Shown in pieces: positions 9,573 through 18,082 of a stretch of DNA of 64,000 bases. Under the pieces are notes generated by a model. It saw only the letters and a list, made by a program, of their open reading frames with translations, made no database searches and was not told where the DNA came from. The translations under genes were made by a program, and so were the position numbers. Position 1 is the stretch's first letter. Each line of letters begins with the position of its first letter. Source of the stretch: a virus; the IMG/VR virus record IMGVR_UViG_3300044691_000371, positions 20,827 through 84,826 of that record. The stretch is one strand, 5' to 3'.

Positions 9573-12014
9573 CTATCCAAGTTTTGGTTTTACTCTTTGG
9601 GTTTTAGTTGTGCCTCCTGCTTGCGGTAATCCACGTCTGCGTTGTAGAAATTGCGTATATTCATCTTTCAATGCTGTTGTGATAAAGTAGCGGCTACAGT
9701 TATGTACTAAAATTCCATTTGCAAAAAATTCGTGTTCATCTTCAATTTCCAAATCGTAAACGTTTTTTACATTCTTTTGAGCATGTTTTTGTTGGGGCGT
9801 ATTTATACACTGTAAATTCATTGTTGCAAATTGCGCATATTCTTTGTGTGTTTTCAAGTCCCAATTTCCGCCTGTATGCTGATTTGCAATTGTTAGAGCA
9901 AAAACGTTGTTCGATTGTTTTTTTTGTAAATTCCTTATTGCATACTTCGCAATTATATTGTCCATATGTAAGATGTCCAAACCCGATATTTTTTGCATGT
10001 TGTTTACACCTTTCCCTCTCTGCTTCACTTCGTTCTCGTTTAGCTGCTGCTGGAATTGCTTTTTCGAGAAGATTTTTAAGCATTTTTGCTTTTTGTTCAT
10101 CAGTCCATTCTTTACTATGGTCTGACATGTGCTGGCTTTTGGTTTTAAGCTCAAAATTGCTTGTTTCGTTATTTTCAGGATTGTGATCAATGTGGTGAAC
10201 AACGTACCCTTTAGGTATTTCCCCGACTTCGCATTCGTATTTATAAACATGTAATCTTGTTTTTCTCCAATTTCCTTTACTGATTTTAACCCATCCTGAA
10301 TAATATGGTTGGTCTCTTTTAGTTCCTGTGTACTTAATAAATCTAAATCCGTTATAGGTGATAATTTCTTTTCGCATACTAAATTATTTTCATCTAAAAT
10401 ACAAAAAGTACCGCAAACAATCAAATATATTTCTATAAAATCTTTTTCCTTAGTGTAAAATTTATGTTCTGGTGTGCATGTTACTTTAACATCACCTATT
10501 TGATATTCTTTAACCTGTCTATATCCATTATTCCAAACATTTAAAACTTTTTTATATCCATTTCTTGTCAAAACATTTTCACCTATTTTAATTTCATCAA
10601 TTCTTTTATTTCCATTATCGGTCATTATAAAAGTTTCCCCGACAAAACAAGATAACATATGTCCGTACTTCTCATAAGTTATACCTGTTTGTTTATCGGT
10701 TACTTTTTTAATAATGATTCCACCGTCTACATCTTCCGGCACCATTAAATAATCTTCAATCGATTTGTAACAAGTTTTATTTATAAAAATCTTCCATCCT
10801 AAATATTGCGTTTCTAAAATTTCGTTTATAAATGCCCCGCTTTGCGTTATACTTGGTGCTGACTTTCCAACTCTATCAACAACTTTAAATCCTGCATTTT
10901 CTAAAACTCCTATGAATTTATCAAAAAATGATCTTCCATTATCATCTGTTGTTGATCTTGCGTTTGCAGATGGATCGCCAAATACATTTATAATATCGTT
11001 ATAATCTTCACGATCTAAATATTTAACTAATTCCATTGCTGCTTTTGCTGCTGTATTGTTTGGTGCAATACATGGTAATTCACCAATTTGTAATAATGCT
11101 TTCCCAACTTTATCAATCATCCAAAGTTGAACTGATACGTATGGGCTAACGTTATTGTCACAACTTACACAATAAGTAAATCCACGCTGTTTTAGCCCCG
11201 GTATTAAGTTAAAATCTATTGTGTGAAGGTTTGTATCAAAACATTTATAAAACGGATTTCCAGGCTTTCTAAACCCCCAATTCCCAAGCGTAAACACATT
11301 GTAGTAATATGCGTTATTTTTTGATGTTCGATAACTCTCATATAATGCAATACGTTCGTCACTACAGTAAGGATTATCTTTATACGTGCCATGGGTTGAT
11401 CTTACCTTAAATTCTATTTTCCCTTTTGGTGTATCAATTTCGCGTACCCATTTAAAGTTTTTTTCTTCTGTATGTGAAAACCAATCCTGCCATAGCCAAA
11501 AATCAGTATAAGTAACGTCACATTCAGGATTAAAACTAAAATATGTTTTTACTTTTCCTTCGTTTGAACGCAAAGAGGTTAATATTACTATAAAATCATC
11601 CGCTGTTATCTGATTTGCTTCTTCTAACCATGCCCATGATGGATTCGCAAATGATTTTATTTTCTGAACGTCATCTAATCCCCTGCCATAAAACGCCCCG
11701 CCATTGATACATTTAATTTCTAATGGTGAAGTTGTGAATTTAAAAAATTGTTGCAATCCCCAATTTTCAACTACAATTTTAATCATCCCAACCATTGATT
11801 CAGAAACTGTATTATAGGTTTTCCTTATTAATAGCCCGCGAAATTTAGGATTAGACATACATTCGATTATGCCCATTTGTGCTATCTGTCTCGTTTTGCC
11901 ATTATCCCTGCCTCCCCAGAGGAAGTCAATATCAAAAACTTCTGGGTCATCGATTAAATGGTGGTAACATGGAAGGAACTTATCGCGACTGACTGTTATG
12001 TTTATTTCTGACAT
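9573..12014 (-). CDS. terL: Terminase large subunit (PBSX-type) interrupted by an intein; ~496 aa after splicing
   Basis: Walker A GGRDNGKT, LLIRKT, RGLDD..KIKS, Walker B WAWLEEA, SFNP, and nuclease motifs (FGDPSA; GHMLS|CSRY). Confidence 0.93.
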   Translation of the reverse strand: MSEINITVSRDKFLPCYHHLIDDPEVFDIDFLWGGRDNGKTRQIAQMGIIECMSNPKFRGLLIRKTYNTVSESMVGMIKIVVENWGLQQFFKFTTSPLEIKCINGGAFYGRGLDDVQKIKSFANPSWAWLEEANQITADDFIVILTSLRSNEGKVKTYFSFNPECDVTYTDFWLWQDWFSHTEEKNFKWVREIDTPKGKIEFKVRSTHGTYKDNPYCSDERIALYESYRTSKNNAYYYNVFTLGNWGFRKPGNPFYKCFDTNLHTIDFNLIPGLKQRGFTYCVSCDNNVSPYVSVQLWMIDKVGKALLQIGELPCIAPNNTAAKAAMELVKYLDREDYNDIINVFGDPSANARSTTDDNGRSFFDKFIGVLENAGFKVVDRVGKSAPSITQSGAFINEILETQYLGWKIFINKTCYKSIEDYLMVPEDVDGGIIIKKVTDKQTGITYEKYGHMLSCFVGETFIMTDNGNKRIDEIKIGENVLTRNGYKKVLNVWNNGYRQVKEYQIGDVKVTCTPEHKFYTKEKDFIEIYLIVCGTFCILDENNLVCEKKLSPITDLDLLSTQELKETNHIIQDGLKSVKEIGEKQDYMFINTNAKSGKYLKGTLFTTLITILKITKQAILSLKPKASTCQTIVKNGLMNKKQKCLKIFSKKQFQQQLNENEVKQRGKGVNNMQKISGLDILHMDNIIAKYAIRNLQKKQSNNVFALTIANQHTGGNWDLKTHKEYAQFATMNLQCINTPQQKHAQKNVKNVYDLEIEDEHEFFANGILVHNCSRYFITTALKDEYTQFLQRRRGLPQAGGTTKTQRVKPKLG
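9699..10649 (-). mobile_element. Intein (317 aa, TerL residues 456-772)
   Basis: Block A CFVGETFIMT, block B TCTPEHKFYT, block F VYDLEIEDEHEFFANG, block G ILVHN followed by Cys+1. Confidence 0.93.
9742..10377 (-). CDS. HNH homing endonuclease with C-terminal zinc ribbons, encoded in the -1 frame entirely inside the intein coding sequence
   Basis: RLHVYKYE..VGEIPKGYVVHHIDHNPENNETSNFEL...H (HNH_3); CxxC...FCSNNC and CxxC...TCSKEC; own ATG with A-rich upstream sequence and A at -3. Confidence 0.88.
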   Translation of the reverse strand: MRKEIITYNGFRFIKYTGTKRDQPYYSGWVKISKGNWRKTRLHVYKYECEVGEIPKGYVVHHIDHNPENNETSNFELKTKSQHMSDHSKEWTDEQKAKMLKNLLEKAIPAAAKRERSEAERERCKQHAKNIGFGHLTYGQYNCEVCNKEFTKKTIEQRFCSNNCKSAYRRKLGLENTQRICAICNNEFTVYKYAPTKTCSKECKKRLRFGN

Positions 12015-12030
12015 AGAAAATCAAAAATAC

Positions 12031-12062
12031 AAAAAAAGGCAATCATTATTATTGACTGCCTT
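12031..12062 (-). terminator. Intrinsic terminator after the TROVE gene
   Basis: - strand AAGGCAGTCA-ataataa-TGATTGCC followed by a T run. Confidence 0.75.
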
Positions 12063-12086
12063 AAAAACTGGTTTTAGTTTGAACGA

Positions 12087-13538
12087 TTAGAACGTTACCG
12101 CCTTTATTTCGTTGATTAACGCTTGTTTGTCGGTCTCTAACATCGCCATGGTTTGGAATATTTTGTCGCTGAAACCGGCTAAACAAAATACTTTACTTTC
12201 AGGAAATTGCATTGTGCCTAATCCAGCAAGATCAAACGAATATATGAATGGATTTGCGCCAAATTTTTTATTGTACTCTGATAATGGCACTTTAGGTGAA
12301 TAGTAACCAATCCATCCTTGCATATCGCTAAAGATTAAAACACGTTCATATTTTTTATTAGCGTTTTTAAATATGGAATGAAAGTTCGTTCCGTGTCCAA
12401 CTTTGTTTTGACGTGTAAAATTAGCTGCGAAATCCATTGAATGTTGCGATAACTGATAATGAATGTAACGTGCAAAGTCTCCAAATTCCATTATATCAGC
12501 ATTAATTGCCTTTGCTAAAACTATCCCAAACAAAGCCCCTAATTCCGATTTTTTCATGTGCTTTGAGTTTGAAACTAAGCTATCCATCGACCCGGAATTG
12601 TCAACTGCAACTAATGTATTGCCGTCAAAGTTCAGCGTTTTAATGTTATTACAGCTTATATCGACCGCCTCACTTAATGCCTGTGTTATTTGACGTGCTT
12701 CTTTAGTGCCCAATGCTGAAAACTGTTTGTAAGCTATCAAATATTGAAACGGAAATATCAGCGACTTTTTAATGAACGATTCGCTTGTCAATGATGCCAA
12801 TGCCTCTGTTAAAACTTCCGGTGCTTGTGTCATGATGTTTGACAGGTTACGAAGCAAAGCCAAATAACCTATTTTCTTTTCACGTACAAGGTTAATCCAA
12901 ACTTCTTTTTTGGCGTTCTCAACATTATCACTTTGCCCCGCTGCTGTTAAACCTGATTCCCACGTATCAACTGATTTCAGCGTACCGTTTACTAATGCCT
13001 TAATTGCTTCGGCGTTTTTTTCAACTGGTGTAGGGTGAACGATATTAACAACGTCAACAAGTTTTATTGCGTTCTTTTCGCCGCGGTATTTTGCCAGCTG
13101 GTATCCATCAAACTTTTCAAACGCCAATGCAAAGCCGCCTTTCATAGCGTTGGTTACTTTCCCGTTGTTGGCTTTGTGGTACGACAAAATTTCTGTCATA
13201 TCATCCGGCCTGTAAATAACTGCATTGTAAAAAGCCTTTGCCCAATCATAGCCGCCGACCTGTATAGCTAATTCAGATGCAGCAACGTGGCTGATCGAAC
13301 GCATACCGTATTTTGTACGTGCGTAAACGGCGGCTTGTGCAACGAATTTAGGATTGCATTGAGTAATTAAAGTTTTCAATCTCGTTAATGTATCGTTTGA
13401 TTTTTCGTAAAATCCATCGCTTACAAATGAAGTAAGCAATATTGATACTAACTCTAATTCGGCAGATTGCTTGTGTGATTGCCCACCTGCTTTGTTTTCT
13501 ACAAGTGCTGTAGATTCTGTTTTTGTGTTAAACTTCAT
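12087..13538 (-). CDS. rsr: Ro60/Rsr ortholog (TROVE domain + vWA domain)
   Basis: NKAGG, FVAQAAVYAR...MRS, YQLAKY, DVVNIVHP, TWE, YLALLRNL, PFQYLIAY; vWA motif VDNSGSM, GTNF and IFSDMQ. Confidence 0.93.
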   Translation of the reverse strand: MKFNTKTESTALVENKAGGQSHKQSAELELVSILLTSFVSDGFYEKSNDTLTRLKTLITQCNPKFVAQAAVYARTKYGMRSISHVAASELAIQVGGYDWAKAFYNAVIYRPDDMTEILSYHKANNGKVTNAMKGGFALAFEKFDGYQLAKYRGEKNAIKLVDVVNIVHPTPVEKNAEAIKALVNGTLKSVDTWESGLTAAGQSDNVENAKKEVWINLVREKKIGYLALLRNLSNIMTQAPEVLTEALASLTSESFIKKSLIFPFQYLIAYKQFSALGTKEARQITQALSEAVDISCNNIKTLNFDGNTLVAVDNSGSMDSLVSNSKHMKKSELGALFGIVLAKAINADIMEFGDFARYIHYQLSQHSMDFAANFTRQNKVGHGTNFHSIFKNANKKYERVLIFSDMQGWIGYYSPKVPLSEYNKKFGANPFIYSFDLAGLGTMQFPESKVFCLAGFSDKIFQTMAMLETDKQALINEIKAVTF

Positions 13539-13567
13539 GATTATTTGATTTTAAAATTTGTTTAAAA

Positions 13568-13603
13568 TAAAAAAGGCAGTCACTTTTTAGATGTACTGCC
13601 TTT
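13568..13603 (-). terminator. Intrinsic terminator between the Y RNA array and rsr
   Basis: - strand AAAGGCAGTAC-atctaaaaa-GTGACTGCCTTTTTT. Confidence 0.75.
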
Positions 13604-13610
13604 AAATGTT

Positions 13611-13694
13611 ATTGACAAAGAAAATTCAAGAGGGTTTACTGGGTTTCCCCACGAGTTAGAAAGTCGATGTAGCCCACTTATAACTATTGTCAAT
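13611..13694 (-). ncRNA. Y RNA-like unit 4 (3'-most)
   Basis: Terminal stem ATTGACAA/TTGTCAAT; TAGTTA...GGCTACATCG...TTTCT motifs shared with the other units. Confidence 0.7.
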
Positions 13695-13698
13695 GTCA

Positions 13699-13771
13699 TT
13701 CAGGAGAAAATTGCGGCACGGTATTTTTTTGCATTTTCGAAGCGAAGTAACCGTATTGCTAACTACCTGAA
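13699..13771 (-). ncRNA. Y RNA-like unit 3
   Basis: Terminal stem TTCAGG/CCTGAA, inner stem ACGGT/ACCGT, TAGTTA, TACTTCG and TTTCT motifs. Confidence 0.75.
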
Positions 13772-13777
13772 ATATTT

Positions 13778-13918
13778 ATTGTTGGAGAAAGGCTAAAAGA
13801 GTATTTTTTCTGTCCTGGGTACTACCACTATACTATACCCGAATTAATCGGATAAGAAGATTCGAACTCCTGTCACAGGTTTGGTATCGAAGTAACTCTA
13901 ATTATAACTACCAACAAT
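13778..13918 (-). ncRNA. yrlA: YrlA-type Y RNA with circularly permuted tRNA-like domain (unit 2)
   Basis: Terminal stem ATTGTTGG/CCAACAAT; inside, in order: T arm AGGAG-TTCGAAT-CTTCT (13855-13871), loop-closed acceptor stem TATCCGA/TCGGGTA, then TA and D arm GTAT-AGTGGTA-GTAC; adjacent to Ro60. Confidence 0.85.
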
Positions 13919-13923
13919 GATTC

Positions 13924-13992
13924 TGTAAGGGAAAGTTTTGATCGCGTGTTTTTTCATTTACATCGAAGTAACGCATTCAATAGCCACTTACA
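13924..13992 (-). ncRNA. Y RNA-like unit 1 (5'-most)
   Basis: Terminal stem TGTAAG/CTTACA, inner stem GCGT/ACGC, TGGCTA, TACTTCG and TTTCC motifs. Confidence 0.75.
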
Positions 13993-14034
13993 AATTTTTA
14001 TATCTTATCAAAGAACTATGCCCTAAATCGTTTT

Positions 14035-14093
14035 CAAATATAAAAACTTTTATCATTACAAAACAAATTTATTTTAAAATATTTTTACTTTTG
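14035..14093. promoter_or_regulatory. Divergent promoters for the Y RNA/rsr operon (-) and the GT2 gene (+)
   Basis: - strand TATATTTG at 14035-14042 with TTTG 21 nt upstream; + strand TACTTTTG at 14086-14093, 4 nt before ATG 14098. Confidence 0.6.
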
Positions 14094-14097
14094 TTTA

Positions 14098-14667
14098 ATG
14101 AATGAGCAAAAGCTATTAATCAATATCTTAATCAGAACAAGTAATAGACCTTTATCCTTTGCAAAATGTTTGCAATCAGTGGTAGATCAGGATTATCCTA
14201 ATATTCGAATAATTATTGGAATAGACAATCAAGGGGCTTTACGTTACATTCCAAAAGGATTAGAAGTTTACCCTGTAAGTGCTGATAAATCGGTAAAATA
14301 TTTTTATGATCTGTATATTCCACAACTATTGCAATATGTAGAAGACGGTTACGTGCTAATTTTAGATGATGATGATCGGCTTAATCCAAATGTGTTATCT
14401 AAATTGCAATTAGAAGGCCCAGGATTAATCGTTCAACTTCAAAGACAAAATACTATCGTTCCAAAAGATTTATTCTTTAAACGCGGTGGAATTGGCTTTC
14501 CTTGCCTTATCTTCCATCATTCATTGAAAAACGAATATCCTATTCATGGTGAAGGTGCAGGAGATTACTATTTTATAAAATCCGCCTTATCAGATTTTCC
14601 GTTTCCATTTTTCCCTATCATTGTTGTTTATAGCCCATCTAAAGGCAATGGTAAATGTAATGGTTAA
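14098..14667 (+). CDS. Glycosyltransferase family 2 (only convincing + strand CDS in the window)
   Basis: ILIRTSNRP..FAKCLQSVVDQDYPNIRIII..DN and ILDDDD (DxD). Confidence 0.85.
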   Translation: MNEQKLLINILIRTSNRPLSFAKCLQSVVDQDYPNIRIIIGIDNQGALRYIPKGLEVYPVSADKSVKYFYDLYIPQLLQYVEDGYVLILDDDDRLNPNVLSKLQLEGPGLIVQLQRQNTIVPKDLFFKRGGIGFPCLIFHHSLKNEYPIHGEGAGDYYFIKSALSDFPFPFFPIIVVYSPSKGNGKCNG

Positions 14668-14839
14668 AATAATTCTTTAATATTTTCCTTCAACCGTTTT
14701 TTATCTTCTAGTTTCAAAGATGTTTCGTCAATTGAGTTTAATAAATTAACTGCTTTTTGAAACTTCTTATTGAATTGTTCAGCCTTATAACTTTTATAAG
14801 ATGGCTGTATTTTATATGAATATCCTTCGTCTAACATCA

Positions 14840-15172
14840 TTAAATCTTTTTCATTATTGATAAATCAAGGTGCCAATCTGAATATATTGAAAGTGTGTAA
14901 GTAATTCGATTGTGAGGTTTTTCTTCTGGGTTCCTAAAATGATGATCTTTCCAAACTGTTTCTCCTATACAATCAGAAATTGCTCTTACTAATTCTAATT
15001 CGGAACAGGCGTTTTCAACCCACGCAACTGCGATTATATCCATGTCGTTTGCCATACTTCCATGCAAGGCTAATGTCCATCCTAAATCTAAAGCTACATT
15101 TCTGAATTTGGGCCAAAGAACTGTGTAAAATACTGCTTTGCCATTATGCGTGACTTCTGATCTTTCTTTCAT
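14840..15172 (-). CDS. Small nucleotidyltransferase-fold-like hypothetical protein
   Basis: LALHGSMANDMDIIAV resembles the GS...DxD motif. Confidence 0.45.
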   Translation of the reverse strand: MKERSEVTHNGKAVFYTVLWPKFRNVALDLGWTLALHGSMANDMDIIAVAWVENACSELELVRAISDCIGETVWKDHHFRNPEEKPHNRITYTLSIYSDWHLDLSIMKKI

Positions 15173-15795
15173 AAAGTCTTTTCAATTTCTAACCATGCTA
15201 ATTTATCCTGTGCGATTATCTCCTGAAAATTCTTTAGTTTTTGGCAAGTCTGTGAGCCATTATGCCAGTGTTGTGCTATTAAATTAGCTTTAACAATTGT
15301 TCTATAACCGGCTTTTCTTATTTTTGTGTATGCCCATAAATCTCCGAACCACACGAGAATACTTTCTGGAATTGGGTAAACTAACTTTGCCATTTCTTTA
15401 TTTAATTGGATGAAGACGCCAGGAGTTCCATTAAAAACTATTTCGTCCTGTTTATGCGTACCGTCACTTGGGATTGCACTTATGTTATCTTCCAAATGTT
15501 TGCTCCATCCTGCCGTCATAATAAGATCGCTATTCATTATAATTAGTTGATCATAGTGGCTTTTCAAAAAGTAATCTATTATTTGATTCCAAGCCGCATT
15601 TACGTAGATGTTACGCTCATTCTGAATTACCTTGACGTTTGGATATTCAAACCACATTTGCTTTATAGCTTGCTTTACATCTATTTCAGAACCGTTGTCA
15701 ATTATTAACAGGTCAGTCTCTTGTATAACTGATTTGAAGGCTTTTAAACAGGTTTCACCGTTATACAAAACCGGAATTCCGCAAAGTATTTTCAT
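15169..15795 (-). CDS. Glycosyltransferase family 2
   Basis: IPVLY, IIDNGS, NIYVNAAWN, IMNSD and WFGD motifs. Confidence 0.85.
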   Translation of the reverse strand: MKILCGIPVLYNGETCLKAFKSVIQETDLLIIDNGSEIDVKQAIKQMWFEYPNVKVIQNERNIYVNAAWNQIIDYFLKSHYDQLIIMNSDLIMTAGWSKHLEDNISAIPSDGTHKQDEIVFNGTPGVFIQLNKEMAKLVYPIPESILVWFGDLWAYTKIRKAGYRTIVKANLIAQHWHNGSQTCQKLKNFQEIIAQDKLAWLEIEKTL

Positions 15796-16155
15796 GATTG
15801 TGATTTAATATTGGGAAACATTGTTGATAATACATGTAATTGGTGCTTTTCACATATCCAAACTAATGTATTACCAAATTGAAATATTTTGCCACCCTTT
15901 CTACATCCTTCATAATCACACATATGTCCTATTGCATAAATTGGTTCTCCGTCTTCATTTTTTACGGGTTCTTTCATTTCATTTACTGACATTCTATTTC
16001 ATCCATTAAAACTTTAACCATTTCACAAGCCCTTTTATGAATATATTCGAGTTCGTTCTTTTCGGCAAAAAACATAAGCCGTACAAACCCCATAAACCGT
16101 TGCTTTAATTCGTGTCGGTCTTTGCTGATATAAATTACATCCGGTGGTTCCATGT

Positions 16156-16500
16156 TTAATAACTTGGTTTATGTGCGTATTCTCTTTCGGCTATTTGTGG
16201 TTCACTTTTTTTAGCTTCATCCCATGCGTATTTTGGCATGTCTGCAATATCTGGTTTTGATTTAACCGAACTCATTTTTAAGTTTGCCGCGTTGTCGGTA
16301 TCGGGTGTTTTGTTGTAGTATTGATCGTAAATATTTTTCAAATCTATTTCCAATTGAGCGATTTGTTTTTCAGTGCTAATCCTGTTTGAAAAGTTATCGC
16401 TTAATCCTTCGATTAGTTTTTATCTTTCGTGGTTAAGCCGTCTTACAAATTCTTTCTTTTCCTGAATTGCGTTTTCGATTACATTGATTAATTCTTGCAT
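16156..16500 (-). pseudogene. Coiled-coil hypothetical gene interrupted by an in-frame TAA
   Basis: ATG 16500 MQELINVIEN...NHER*(16420-16422)KLIEG... continues in frame into ORF 16156-16353. Confidence 0.55.
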
Positions 16501-16512
16501 GGTTGTTTTTGA

Positions 16513-16887
16513 TTAATTATTTTGAATTGTATGTGATGAAAATCCGTCTCCTGCGCTTTCTGCATCTAATGCCTTTTCTAACTTTTCTGTAAAGTCAATT
16601 AGTGGCATTAAAACATATCCGGTCGTTTCTGTTATGCACTGCAATAAGTTCAAACTATCAGTTGTTTTCTTTTGCCATGCTTTTTTGTCGCCGTTATAAT
16701 CAGCTAATTTTGATTTAAACCTAATTTCATCTCCTGTTTGAATTATGCACGAATACGATGGATTAAGCTTATTTAAAAACTCACTATATCCCGGCGTATG
16801 AAGCACAACCATTGCACCTATGTCATGCTTTGCAAGGATAGCTTTTATTTCTTCCATTGCGGTTTTTAATTTTGGGCTGTATTGCAT
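16513..16887 (-). CDS. Conserved phage hypothetical protein
   Basis: 124 aa ORF with ATG, tightly packed in the operon. Confidence 0.6.
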   Translation of the reverse strand: MQYSPKLKTAMEEIKAILAKHDIGAMVVLHTPGYSEFLNKLNPSYSCIIQTGDEIRFKSKLADYNGDKKAWQKKTTDSLNLLQCITETTGYVLMPLIDFTEKLEKALDAESAGDGFSSHTIQNN

Positions 16888-16896
16888 TTTGTGTGA

Positions 16897-17400
16897 TTAA
16901 ATATGTTCATTAATAAATTTATCAATATCAGGACTTAAAAGCAAGTGAACATTTCGCGTTATTCTTTCGTCATCCCAATCCCACCACGCTATCTCTAAAA
17001 GGCTATTTATCTGCTCTGTGTTGAATCTTTTTCTTTTTACAACATTTGCCCCGACTACAATAGAATAAGGCTCTACATCCTTTGAAATAAAGCTCATTGC
17101 CCCTATTACCGCCCCGTGTCCTATGTTTACCCCGGTTGCTATGTAACTTCTCATTCCGATTGTTACATCTGACCCAATTATTATATCACCTCTCATTTGA
17201 TTATACCCTGCATCAATATGTGAAGCACTTGGCCAAAGGTTTTTAAACGGGTATGTAGTAACTAAATAAGGGTCATGTGATTGACCGCCATCAAAAACGT
17301 TCGCTTCGGCTATGCTTGTAAAATTTCCAATGATAACGTTATTTCCGTTACCGTATTGGTGAACCTCTCCATAGGTGTATTTGCCTTTAGTTACTGCCAT
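16897..17400 (-). CDS. Hexapeptide-repeat O-acetyltransferase (CatB/Vat-like)
   Basis: IGNFTSIA, TTYPF, GDIIIGSDVTIG, GVNIGHGAVIGA, KDVEPYSIVVG and LLEIAWWDW. Confidence 0.92.
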   Translation of the reverse strand: MAVTKGKYTYGEVHQYGNGNNVIIGNFTSIAEANVFDGGQSHDPYLVTTYPFKNLWPSASHIDAGYNQMRGDIIIGSDVTIGMRSYIATGVNIGHGAVIGAMSFISKDVEPYSIVVGANVVKRKRFNTEQINSLLEIAWWDWDDERITRNVHLLLSPDIDKFINEHI

Positions 17401-18082
17401 TGTTTTTCAGAATGGTTAACCCGTTATTTTCTTGCGTTTCGTAAAACAATGTCCAGTTCGGATTATCTCTTAAAAAGTTTTCAATTGCAGGATATAATCC
17501 TTCCGGCCCATTCATAAAATCAGCTACACCTGGATACCACGGCTCCGACTTCCATCGATAGGCGTATTCGGCTGTGTCATGCCATAAAATGTATTTATTT
17601 ACTTTATGAGCGTGTAGTTTTAATTCTGCTGTAGCCTGATTAAATGAATGGTAGCTATCAACGAGTAACATATCTGTTTGTTCAATATCGGCCTCTAAAC
17701 AGTTTTGAGTTATAAATTGAAAATTTTGTCCAGCTTCTAAACACAATTGTTCAACCTCGTCAACATCATCCCAACGACCTATATCGTAGCTAACAACTCG
17801 CTTTGGTTTCGCTGCAAGTAATGCGTATGTGCTTGTTGGTCGCCTTACTCCAAATTCAGTGCAATGATCGCAAAGTTGGGCAATCTCAAATATTTTTGGT
17901 AGTAACAAATTTATATCGCTTTCTTCGTTGCATTTTTCGAGATACTTTTTCATTATCTCGCTAATCTCTGGTTTTTGTGGTTGTTCTTTCGGTTGCTCCG
18001 CTTTTTCAGTAGTTGCATTTTTTGCAACAACTGCCTTTTCAATCTTTGTTTCGGTCTGTACTTTCTTTGGTCTACCTGCCAT
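17387..18082 (-). CDS. Class I SAM-dependent methyltransferase (Methyltransf_24-like)
   Basis: EFGVR..ST, DMLLVDSYH, ILWHDT and NNGLTIL motifs. Confidence 0.8.
   Translation of the reverse strand: MAGRPKKVQTETKIEKAVVAKNATTEKAEQPKEQPQKPEISEIMKKYLEKCNEESDINLLLPKIFEIAQLCDHCTEFGVRRPTSTYALLAAKPKRVVSYDIGRWDDVDEVEQLCLEAGQNFQFITQNCLEADIEQTDMLLVDSYHSFNQATAELKLHAHKVNKYILWHDTAEYAYRWKSEPWYPGVADFMNGPEGLYPAIENFLRDNPNWTLFYETQENNGLTILKNNGSN

Noticed and set aside
9719-10186. 155-aa + strand ORF as a third overlapping gene in the intein
   Set aside because: No recognisable motif, TTG start, and probably a by-product of the two constrained sense frames.
13819-13871. Conventional tRNA gene
   Set aside because: T arm precedes D arm, the acceptor stem is closed by a loop and there is no anticodon loop; better explained as YrlA.
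13611-13992. Y RNA units as a CRISPR array
   Set aside because: Units share only short motifs and structure, not identical direct repeats with uniform spacers; no cas genes.
16420-16422. Stop-codon reassignment
   Set aside because: Single in-frame TAA; long genes read normally with code 11 and there is no suppressor tRNA.
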